Positions 45,783 to 54,055 of a stretch of DNA of 54,055 nucleotides are shown one piece after another. The notes beneath the pieces are model-generated. The model was not told the origin of the DNA. It made no database searches and saw nothing but the letters and a program-made list of their open reading frames with translations. Origin of the DNA: Candidatus Thalassarchaeaceae archaeon. Its GTDB lineage: Archaea > Thermoplasmatota > Poseidoniia > Poseidoniales > Thalassarchaeaceae. Both the position numbers and the translations under genes were made by a program. Position 1 is the stretch's first letter; each line of letters starts with the position of its first letter. The stretch lies in contig JASLKH010000014.1 of NCBI GenBank assembly GCA_030747675.1, positions 1 to 54,055 on the forward strand, written 5' to 3'.

Positions 45783-46757
45783 TCAATCTCGACGAATAAT
45801 GGCTGCGGCTCCAAGGCCAATTAAGGCAAGGGGTGCAAGAAAACCTAGGAGTAAGCCTTCATCTTCATCTCCTTCAGCATCTTCAACAGGTGTACTTGTC
45901 CAATCATGAATCAAAACCAATGAAAGGTCATCACCATCCCACGCCGGAGGTAAGTCAAGATTAATTTGACCGAATGGATCTGTTCCTAGTGTATATACTG
46001 CTCGAACTGAATCATCGTAATACTCCAACCCATTACTCCCCTCCGGGAAATATGCAGAATGTTCTACAACCATAATGCGGTGAGTGATGTTGGTTTTGTA
46101 ATCATCCGATGTTGGTCCCCCGCTTGTACCCGACGTAGACAAAGACCATGTCAAAGTACCACTGGAATTATTGCCTGACCAAGTGAAAATTGATTGTTGT
46201 TGCTCATTTACTTCCAAACGAGATTCCAGTAATTCACTATAGTCTGCTTCCAAAGATTCGCCCTCTGCAACGCTTCCTACTCTCACCATGTTCCCATGAA
46301 AAGCCACTGTAGGGGGGGCTCTTTGTAATCCACCAGTTGCCTCCTTTGATGCATCTCCATATCGCTCATTCCAACGGTCATCTCCCTCTTGGCTACCAAA
46401 AGGATCTTCCGATTCGCTGATGAAACGATGGTGGGTAAGAACGGTGGTTGAATGATTAAATTCTGATGAACTTGATTCAAAGGAAGCAATAGAATCCATC
46501 AATGAATGTTCGGAATCAACACAATTAGTACACCACGTTGCTGTGTATACCTCCACAATTGTTGGAGCATTTTCAATCAAACCACCAGCACTAGAAGTAG
46601 CGTTATTTGCAGAGATATCAAGGCTATATCCTCCAAAGGAGCCTTGCTTTTCACTCAAATCAACAGGAGCAATTGCATTGGCTGATGGCATCAACAAGAA
46701 AATTGTAAACAAAGCAAGTGTGAATCGGCGCATAGCCCGGCGTGGGCATTCTACCAT
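45783..46757 (-). CDS. Secreted thioredoxin-fold protein with an Ig-like domain and C-terminal anchor
   Basis: Signal peptide, VEVYTATWCTNC, cis-Pro-like APPT, and C-terminal GF-TM-RR. Alternative start at 46733. Confidence 0.75.
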   Translation of the reverse strand: MVECPRRAMRRFTLALFTIFLLMPSANAIAPVDLSEKQGSFGGYSLDISANNATSSAGGLIENAPTIVEVYTATWCTNCVDSEHSLMDSIASFESSSSEFNHSTTVLTHHRFISESEDPFGSQEGDDRWNERYGDASKEATGGLQRAPPTVAFHGNMVRVGSVAEGESLEADYSELLESRLEVNEQQQSIFTWSGNNSSGTLTWSLSTSGTSGGPTSDDYKTNITHRIMVVEHSAYFPEGSNGLEYYDDSVRAVYTLGTDPFGQINLDLPPAWDGDDLSLVLIHDWTSTPVEDAEGDEDEGLLLGFLAPLALIGLGAAAIIRRD

Positions 46758-46771
46758 GTCAATATTGAGGG

Positions 46772-47812
46772 TCAGAGTGCAGCAAATGCTGCAATGGCTC
46801 TTTCAATGTCTTCATCAGTAATGTGTAGATGGATTACCGCTCGAACTGCGGTTGGGCCGACTTCCAATACATCAATACCATGTCCTGCTAAGCCTTCCAA
46901 AATTTGAGGAGCAGTCAAATCACCATTGATGTAAACCATATTAGTTTCAACACTATTCAAGTCAACAGTGAATCCATCCATAGCATTCACTGCTTCTGCT
47001 AATGTTCTTGCACGCTTATGGTCTTCAGCCAACCGATCAATGTGGTTATCCAATGCATACAAACCCCCTGCTGCAATAACTCCAGCCTGGCGCATTCCAC
47101 CTCCAAACATTTTGCGCCATCGGTGTGCTTTTGCAATAAATTCAGATGAACCCACAAGCACACTACCAACAGGAGCACCCAGCCCTTTGGATAAACAAAT
47201 CGAAATTGAGTCATAATCACGAACCATTCTTGAAGGATCGATACCTGTTGCGACTACAGCATTGAACAGACGTGCTCCATCAATGTGAGCAGCACAGCCG
47301 TGCTCATGCGCGACCTTTGCTATGGAATCAAGCACATCTTGGGGATAACATGTCCCTCCACCTCTGTTTGCAGTGTTTTCAACACAAACCAAACTTCCAT
47401 TGGGGTAATGCCCAAGGCTTCCTTCTGCTTTACGAATTGCATTTTCAACATCATTTGCTCTCATGATACCGTGTACAGCAGGGACTAGTGCAATTGAACA
47501 CCCTGAAAGAGCAGCATAACCCCCACCTTCATACTGATAGACGTGGGATGTAGTCTCAGTAATCACTTCGTCACCAGGTACTGTGTGAGCGCGAATTGCT
47601 ACTGCATTCGACATTGTGCCACTTGGGACAAACAAAGCTGCTTCTTTTCCAAGCATACTTGCAAGGCGATTTTGTAAATCTTGAACTGTTGGATCATCAC
47701 CCAACACATCATCGCCGACTTTAGCTGATACCATTGCAGAACGCATGGCTTCAGTTGGCTGAGTAACGGTGTCACTTCGCATATCGACGCGGTCCGAATC
47801 ATACTCGCGCAT
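46772..47812 (-). CDS. ltaE: Low-specificity L-threonine aldolase
   Basis: DMRSDTVT, PSGTMSN, HIDGARLFNA, CLSKGLGAPVGS, GGGMRQAG. Confidence 0.95.
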   Translation of the reverse strand: MREYDSDRVDMRSDTVTQPTEAMRSAMVSAKVGDDVLGDDPTVQDLQNRLASMLGKEAALFVPSGTMSNAVAIRAHTVPGDEVITETTSHVYQYEGGGYAALSGCSIALVPAVHGIMRANDVENAIRKAEGSLGHYPNGSLVCVENTANRGGGTCYPQDVLDSIAKVAHEHGCAAHIDGARLFNAVVATGIDPSRMVRDYDSISICLSKGLGAPVGSVLVGSSEFIAKAHRWRKMFGGGMRQAGVIAAGGLYALDNHIDRLAEDHKRARTLAEAVNAMDGFTVDLNSVETNMVYINGDLTAPQILEGLAGHGIDVLEVGPTAVRAVIHLHITDEDIERAIAAFAAL

Positions 47813-47834
47813 GACCTTGCGTGTACGATGGCCT

Positions 47835-48260
47835 TCAAAGCAGTTTCAGGTCGCCTGTGATGGCGTCAATTTCAATTTCGCTTGCAGGACCAATGGCAAT
47901 TACTGTACGAGAACCTGATGGGATTTGGGTTCGTCCCGCGTCATGAATCGAACATGTCGGTAGGTGTGCTGATTTAGCTGCAGTTAATGCAATTTCCATA
48001 TCACTTGCTGACATGGCTTTCAGGACTACTTTTTGTTGACCAGAGGACATCCAAACAGCCATTTCATCAGGATATTTTTCGGCGGCTTGAAGTGCTGCTT
48101 TAACAGATGCGTGGCCAACCTGTGCTGCAATTTTTCCTTTACCCATCTTTAGAGAATTATCCACTATACAGACTAATTTAACAGTCCCCAAACTCGATTG
48201 ATATGTGCGGTCACCATGGTTGGGTGCAGTCAATCTATGCAGGAATGAACGTAGTCCCAT
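47835..48260 (-). CDS. pth2: Peptidyl-tRNA hydrolase Pth2
   Basis: LKMGKGKIAAQVGHA, GQQKVVL, DAGRTQI, TVIAIGP. Confidence 0.96.
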   Translation of the reverse strand: MGLRSFLHRLTAPNHGDRTYQSSLGTVKLVCIVDNSLKMGKGKIAAQVGHASVKAALQAAEKYPDEMAVWMSSGQQKVVLKAMSASDMEIALTAAKSAHLPTCSIHDAGRTQIPSGSRTVIAIGPASEIEIDAITGDLKLL

Positions 48261-48333
48261 AAAACGCGGATGAACCGCTGTGGCAAGAATGTCGCGGCGA
48301 GAACCTCAAGAATGGTATTATTGTGAGAGCATC

Positions 48334-49632
48334 ATGGGAGAACAAAACAGCGCATCTGGTAATGTCAGAAATGCTGGGTCAAATCAAGTGGAATCATTCC
48401 TATCTGACAATTGCCCTCCGATGGGCATCTACGAAACTCTGTACGCTTTCAGGGACTCATTTGGTAGCTTCATGGGCAACGAAGGAACCCATCCATGGTC
48501 ACAGGGGTTTCCCCTAACAACACCGCTAGAAAAATTTGGAGGGCCCTCTCTTCCATCGAGTATTGATGTTACTTGGGAGGATCGTTTCTATCCAAAAGCC
48601 TGGGGGCATCCAAAATTACGCGAAGCCATCGTAGAGTACTATAACTCTGAATACAACTCTAATATCACTCCTGAGAACGTCATGGTCTTTGGAGGAGGGC
48701 GTCCTGGTATCTACACAGTACTTGCATTTCTCAAAAAGCATGTGCAAGTGAGTATTGGAAACATCGAGTGGCCTGCCTACTTAGATATTCTAGAACAAAC
48801 TAACACCAAATATCAAATTGTTCCTTTCACTAAAGAAAACAACTTCCATCCTAGTAATACTGCTTACTTCGATCGAACAAACATTGATGCAAACACACAC
48901 CTTATGCCAATTATTTCCAATCCTCAGAACCCATCTGGACAAACTCGTTCAGGAGATGAACTCAAGGAATTGATTCAAATGGCTGAGGAAATCGGTAATG
49001 GTATACTTCTGGATGAGGCATACGAGATGTTTCATTCCCCATCAGTCAGTGGAATTCAGTACGTGCAAGATTTGGACAACAGCAACGTGTTCATCGCAGG
49101 GGCCTGCACAAAGGGACTACAGTCTCCGGGTATCCGTGTTGGTTGGATTATTGCCAGTAAGAAAAATATCGAAACGATGGCTAACTACTCCAGTTTCGGC
49201 ATGGGTGGAGTGAGTCACCCGTCGCAACTCTATGCAGTAAAACTTCTCGAGCCAAGTCGTGTCAAACAAGCCCGAAAGGCTGTGGAGGAACATTACAGTT
49301 GGCAACGAGATCGATATGGTAAAGCATTCGAAGAAATGGGGCTTAATGTCTATACTGGAAACGGTGGATTCTACCATTGGCTTGAACTTCCTGAAGGTAT
49401 GACGAGTGCCGAACTAAACAAACGCCTCTTCAAACGCGGTGCTGCTATTCTATGCGCTTCTGATTGCGATATGGCCCGTCCACATTCTAAGGACCCAAGT
49501 TACGTAACACCGTATACCCGATTCTTCCGCTTTTCTTTCGGGCCATTGTTGCCTGAGACGTTTGAATCAGATATCGAACTTTTTAGTGAAGTATTCGAAG
49601 AATACAAGATCGATGCCATGAATAGCAAATAA
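48334..49632 (+). CDS. PLP-dependent class I/II aminotransferase
   Basis: SNPQNPSG, LDEAYE, CTKGLQSPGIRVGW, FFRFSF. Confidence 0.9.
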   Translation: MGEQNSASGNVRNAGSNQVESFLSDNCPPMGIYETLYAFRDSFGSFMGNEGTHPWSQGFPLTTPLEKFGGPSLPSSIDVTWEDRFYPKAWGHPKLREAIVEYYNSEYNSNITPENVMVFGGGRPGIYTVLAFLKKHVQVSIGNIEWPAYLDILEQTNTKYQIVPFTKENNFHPSNTAYFDRTNIDANTHLMPIISNPQNPSGQTRSGDELKELIQMAEEIGNGILLDEAYEMFHSPSVSGIQYVQDLDNSNVFIAGACTKGLQSPGIRVGWIIASKKNIETMANYSSFGMGGVSHPSQLYAVKLLEPSRVKQARKAVEEHYSWQRDRYGKAFEEMGLNVYTGNGGFYHWLELPEGMTSAELNKRLFKRGAAILCASDCDMARPHSKDPSYVTPYTRFFRFSFGPLLPETFESDIELFSEVFEEYKIDAMNSK

Positions 49633-49637
49633 CTGGA

Positions 49638-50048
49638 TTACTCAGACTGTGTATCTACTGACTTTTCATCAGAATTCCAACTATAAATCCAAAGTGCGAT
49701 GGATATCATTACAACTTGTGCAAAGGCACGAATAATGTGTGCTGTTGTCCCAAAACTATTCCCATCAAGTTCAATACCATTAATCCACATATTGGCGTTT
49801 GCCCAATAGAGAGCCACCAACATGAAGGCGATGCAAAGGGCTGCCCATTTTCGAGACTGAGGGATAATGACTGCAATGCCTAGACCAACTTCTGGTATAC
49901 CACTCAATATCACCCAAAAAGTTGGATTTCCAAGTATTCTTGGCACAATCGGTTCGAACCAAGTCGGATCGACAAAATGCTGTATTCCTATCCAAATAAA
50001 TGGTAACCCAAATAATACTGCAATGGCATGCTCAATACGAGAATCCAT
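49638..50048 (-). CDS. DoxX-like membrane protein
   Basis: GIQHF..P.WF..IVP, SGIPEVGLG, ANANM; 4 TMs. Confidence 0.8.
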   Translation of the reverse strand: MDSRIEHAIAVLFGLPFIWIGIQHFVDPTWFEPIVPRILGNPTFWVILSGIPEVGLGIAVIIPQSRKWAALCIAFMLVALYWANANMWINGIELDGNSFGTTAHIIRAFAQVVMISIALWIYSWNSDEKSVDTQSE

Positions 50049-50062
50049 ATTCAATCCTCAGA

Positions 50063-50590
50063 TTATTCTGCAGGTGAAAAAATCCCAAATTCAGATAGTG
50101 GAGGGGTATAAACATGGAGATTTATCAAATTACAATTTTCATCATTTGAAATTCGATGAATGTCTGGTTCTTCAGCAGCACATACTTCACCTGGTACGTA
50201 ATTTCTTGCTGAACTATACTCAGCAAAACCATCATCATTGAGATTGTAAATCGTCTCTGTAGCAATTCCATCTACAATTAAGAATGCACAATCGGATCCC
50301 TTGTGATCATGAATAGGTGTTTTTTGGCCAGGTTTCCAAGTAATCGCAACCATCTCATAATTTTCCGTCTTCTTGATGATATTACGCTGATAGCCATCAT
50401 CATCTGTATAACCAATATGACGGTTCAATGCATCTAAATTGACTGGTAATGTAGAAAGTCTCGTATCTAATTCAGAGAGACCTGGGCGGCCATCAATAGA
50501 ATCAAGCCATTCAACGATTTCTGCAATTCCTTTGCAACATTGGATGAGGTCATCACGGTCAACTTCGCTAAGCGTTGCTACCGCGACCAT
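50063..50590 (-). CDS. Cysteine dioxygenase type I (thiol dioxygenase cupin)
   Basis: YQRN, WKPGQKTPIHDH..SDC, IHRISN, LHVYTPP. ATG 50590 is preferred. Confidence 0.88.
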   Translation of the reverse strand: MVAVATLSEVDRDDLIQCCKGIAEIVEWLDSIDGRPGLSELDTRLSTLPVNLDALNRHIGYTDDDGYQRNIIKKTENYEMVAITWKPGQKTPIHDHKGSDCAFLIVDGIATETIYNLNDDGFAEYSSARNYVPGEVCAAEEPDIHRISNDENCNLINLHVYTPPLSEFGIFSPAE

Positions 50591-50634
50591 GCAATGCGGA
50601 GCGAGGCTGAGGACATAGAGTTGACCACAGTGTA

Positions 50635-53388
50635 TCATTCATCTTCGGATGATGTTGCTTCAGGTAGTAAGCCAGCAATCTTCAACATACAAGGCAATAG
50701 CATTAAGCTTGAAAGAAGTGCTAAAGTGATGGCAATTACGAATACTTGACCAAACAATCGTAGTGGTAGAATTGATGACATGTTCAGGACTGCAAAACCT
50801 CCTGCAGTAGTCAAAGCAGCGCCCATCATTGCTCTACCTGTTGTTGCTGATGTGCGACTGACCCATACACTAGGGCCAGCGTGCGGTCGGTGCTCAATTT
50901 CCTCAGTAAGACGAGTTTCGAAGTGTACTGCATAATCAACTCCCAACCCCAATGCTAAGGCTCCAATAGTTACTGATTGAGAATTCAATTGGTATCCCAT
51001 CCACCCCATCAAGCCATAGATCCAAACGACAACCATGGCCAATGGCGCCCACATAATTAAACCACGGGTGATTGATTTAGTGGGTGTTTGAGGTTCCCGA
51101 ATTAAATTGATTATTATGAGTGTAATCAAAATAACACTCGCTACAATTGCAGTAGAAGCGACGGCTGAATAAGCGACATCAGCAGAAACTTGCGCACGGA
51201 GTAGATAACGGCCTGTGACACTGTACATTTCACCCTCTTGCTCAAGTGAATTGGTTAATTCAACTTCAAAGTCAACTGTAGCTTGCCAATCAATAGTTGG
51301 AGCCTGGAATAAAATTACTGCCTGTTCCCCATCGTCTCTCAAATATCGATAGGAGAGTTCACGGCCATCTTCTGTGTCTGTAAGCCAAGATTCTAGAGCT
51401 TGATATGTAGACATATCAGATTCATTGAGATTGTCAAGCATGGTTTGAACTGAGGGGTTTCGTGCGCCTTCAAGGGTCAAAGTAGTCCAAAGTCCATCAG
51501 TTTCAATGACTTGGGTATTCTCTTCCAAAACGGCCAATGCTTTGTCATATGCTATTTTGCCATCAGGAGTAATTGCAGAACCATCAACTACGACATACAT
51601 TGGTGCAGGGCTACTACCAAATTCATCATTCAGAATGAGGAAATCAAGAACTGCTTCAGAATCCATATCTAATTGATCTCTGAAATCAAAACCGATCTCA
51701 AGTTGATTGATTCCAGCCGCAACTGGTAATGTAAGAAGAATGGCTGCAATCAAAACCAAGTGTGGTTTTTCGGTCTGCTTTCCAATCCATTTGGAATACG
51801 CACCTTCTTTGACTTGTACCGACTTTTGTAAGGATATTTTCTGGGCAGGCATTATTCTCATCATAGCAGGTAATGTTGTGACTGATAGCAAGTAAATGAA
51901 GAACAAGCCAATTGCAATTACTGTTCCGAACGTCACCAAGAATGCTTGGGATGAAAGTCGGAATGAAAGAAAGCCAATCATATCAGTCATGATAGCAACA
52001 AACAATGCTGCAGAAGTAAAGAGAGTACCTCGCTTTATTGCCACATTTCGTATTTCTGAAGAAAAATCAGCCATCGTCTGTCGATCTTTCGTATCTTTCA
52101 TATCTAATTCAATTAATTCTTCTCGATATCGAATAACCACGTGTAATCCATAATCGACACCTATTGCAAGAAGAAGAATGGGGATGGCATTCATAGCTGC
52201 ATTAAATTCGAATCGCAATAATCCAGATAGGCCATAAGTAGCCGCAACAGCAAGTAATGTGAGAACAATGACAACTGACGTGTCTCGTAAACTTCGGAAG
52301 CGCCAGTAAAGAATAATCCCAAGAAGGAGAACTGCAGCACTTGTAAGAAGGCCTATCTCTTTTCCAAAACTAGCGTTACTCTCGACTTCAAACAACGAGA
52401 AACTGAAAGCGGTTAGGGTCACATTTTCATTTTTCTCCGAAAGAGCAATTCCTAAATCTTGTGTGAGTGGACTAATTATTTCCTTTACCGATGATGCGTC
52501 ATTTGCAATATTTCCTTCTGAATCAGCCCATTGTGCTTCCATGCTAGTATCAATGGCCAAAGTTACCATCGTCTTATCGGCCAATTCCCACGGATTCGAT
52601 TCAGCAACGGTTGGAATCATTGCCATCATAATTTGTTGAATATCTATCTTTTGAATCTCATTCAACGGGATTAGGTGCTCAAAGGCTGCAAGATGTAATG
52701 GCAGTATTTGATTCACTTCTTCTGTAGTACGATTTGACATAATTGCACCAGAAAGTCCAATGAGGACTGATATTTTCTCAGAATTATTTTCTCCACTATC
52801 CAATCTGGACAACCACTCACTTGGCACACCTGGTTCCCATGAATTCAACTCACTAGCATCTGGTGAGTACACTGAAGGGACTCCTGAAAGAGCATTTTGA
52901 GCAGAAGTAATTGCTGTACTTAATTCACTGGAATTAGCCGCCAGTACTGCAAGCAAAGAAGATTCTAGAGAAGCGGACCAATTGTCATTAGAAGGATCCT
53001 GTGTGCGTTGCCAAAATATTGCTGAAGAGGCTAGCCCAGTATGTGCAGAGCCCCCAAATAATGGCATGTGATGTGAAGCAAATCGTTCGTCTTCAATCAT
53101 GTCTGCCTCAATCGATGCTAATGTTTGCCATGTCGATGCATTCTCTAAACTCCCAGCTTCAAAGCGAACGATTGCTCGAATGAAGTCGACATCTGGTTGG
53201 TAAGCATCTTCAATTTCATACATTAATCGAGTTGTTTCAGTATCGGGATAGAATGCATCTTCACCGTTATCAAATACAATGAAACGAGCAAAGGACGATA
53301 ATAGGATAATACCGACGATCGAAACCGCGATTGCGGTTTTTGGACGGTCGATTGACAATTCAGAAAGACGGTCGAAGGGATTCTGCAT
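50635..53388 (-). CDS. MMPL/RND-family membrane transporter
   Basis: LAIGVDYGLH...RYREE and LGLGVDYAVH in a duplicated architecture. Confidence 0.9.
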   Translation of the reverse strand: MQNPFDRLSELSIDRPKTAIAVSIVGIILLSSFARFIVFDNGEDAFYPDTETTRLMYEIEDAYQPDVDFIRAIVRFEAGSLENASTWQTLASIEADMIEDERFASHHMPLFGGSAHTGLASSAIFWQRTQDPSNDNWSASLESSLLAVLAANSSELSTAITSAQNALSGVPSVYSPDASELNSWEPGVPSEWLSRLDSGENNSEKISVLIGLSGAIMSNRTTEEVNQILPLHLAAFEHLIPLNEIQKIDIQQIMMAMIPTVAESNPWELADKTMVTLAIDTSMEAQWADSEGNIANDASSVKEIISPLTQDLGIALSEKNENVTLTAFSFSLFEVESNASFGKEIGLLTSAAVLLLGIILYWRFRSLRDTSVVIVLTLLAVAATYGLSGLLRFEFNAAMNAIPILLLAIGVDYGLHVVIRYREELIELDMKDTKDRQTMADFSSEIRNVAIKRGTLFTSAALFVAIMTDMIGFLSFRLSSQAFLVTFGTVIAIGLFFIYLLSVTTLPAMMRIMPAQKISLQKSVQVKEGAYSKWIGKQTEKPHLVLIAAILLTLPVAAGINQLEIGFDFRDQLDMDSEAVLDFLILNDEFGSSPAPMYVVVDGSAITPDGKIAYDKALAVLEENTQVIETDGLWTTLTLEGARNPSVQTMLDNLNESDMSTYQALESWLTDTEDGRELSYRYLRDDGEQAVILFQAPTIDWQATVDFEVELTNSLEQEGEMYSVTGRYLLRAQVSADVAYSAVASTAIVASVILITLIIINLIREPQTPTKSITRGLIMWAPLAMVVVWIYGLMGWMGYQLNSQSVTIGALALGLGVDYAVHFETRLTEEIEHRPHAGPSVWVSRTSATTGRAMMGAALTTAGGFAVLNMSSILPLRLFGQVFVIAITLALLSSLMLLPCMLKIAGLLPEATSSEDE

Positions 53389-53459
53389 GATGAACGAACT
53401 GAGCGCGCAACTTTTCCTTCAAGTAATTGTGCATACTCTCTACACTAATGTAAAAAAAA

Positions 53460-54055
53460 TTATTCCTCACATTCGAACTTTTCAGAAGGCTGATACAGTA
53501 GAGAAAGACAAGTTGCTAGCGCAACCGATAATAAAATTGCAAGACTCAGTAATTGCCCCGAATTTCTTGCAGGAGGGAAATTTGACATTCCAACTAGCAA
53601 AAAGACACAACCAGATGAAAATGCTGCCCACCACCGAGCTGCGGTATCTTGGCGTGTGGAAACATGATCTGCACTAGCATGAGATAGGTAGTCGGCTGTG
53701 AAGCCCATTCCTAGCAAAACAGACGGTGCTGTATTGACTCCTCGGCCACCAATTATAGTCGCAAGTCCATCAACTGCTATTCCAATTGCAATTGTACCAA
53801 TTGCTATTCGCATTGCTTTTATTGGTGAGCGTAAAACCAACATCGCTACAAGGAAAATGGCAATACCTGCTGCAAGGATTTGTGGAATTCGTTCCTCTTC
53901 AAATGTTTGGGCCACTGCTGAACCAACTGGCAATTCCCCACCAACTGCTCCATCAATCCCGTTCTCTACCAATAAATCGCTAACATCTGCTGTAAATTGG
54001 AGAGCAGATTCGGTATTTTGCCCATCAATCAAGACTGCAATTGCAACTCCAGTTG
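53460..54055 (-). CDS. MMPL/RND-like transporter, C-terminal part (runs off the window edge)
   Basis: GGELPV, LVLRSP and LLGMGFTADY resemble the second RND TM bundle. The 5' end lies outside the window. Confidence 0.65.
   Translation of the reverse strand, partial: TGVAIAVLIDGQNTESALQFTADVSDLLVENGIDGAVGGELPVGSAVAQTFEEERIPQILAAGIAIFLVAMLVLRSPIKAMRIAIGTIAIGIAVDGLATIIGGRGVNTAPSVLLGMGFTADYLSHASADHVSTRQDTAARWWAAFSSGCVFLLVGMSNFPPARNSGQLLSLAILLSVALATCLSLLYQPSEKFECEE

Overview
A gene-dense 54 kb archaeal chromosome segment. It carries the ftsZ-secE-spt5-rpl11-rpl1-rpl10-rpl12 cluster, the archaeosine radical SAM enzyme RaSEA, Pth2, an AK6-type kinase and archaeal YchF. Several MMPL/RND transporters, large acidic TSP3/WD40/Fn3-type surface proteins and pilin-like domains suggest Marine Group II Thermoplasmatota (Poseidoniales); this assignment is an inference. 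I see no rRNA, tRNA, CRISPR array, integrase or transposase. The most unusual signals sit in housekeeping regions. (1) Spt5/NusG is fused to an acidic tail and a Nudix-fold domain whose Nudix box is degenerate. (2) The next gene encodes only the C-terminal rRNA-binding domain of uL11. (3) A uL1-binding-type hairpin lies in front of rpl1. (4) A ~123-nt GC-rich multi-helix RNA candidate follows rpl12. (5) A cbb3 oxidase subunit I (CcoN) homolog has apparently lost most of its metal-ligand histidines and is coupled to ychF. (6) Two chimeric pilin-domain genes share a 43-bp identical tract at their domain junction. (7) An AddAB-like helicase-nuclease pair may carry Cys clusters in both subunits. 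All family calls come from motif recognition by eye; no database searches were run.
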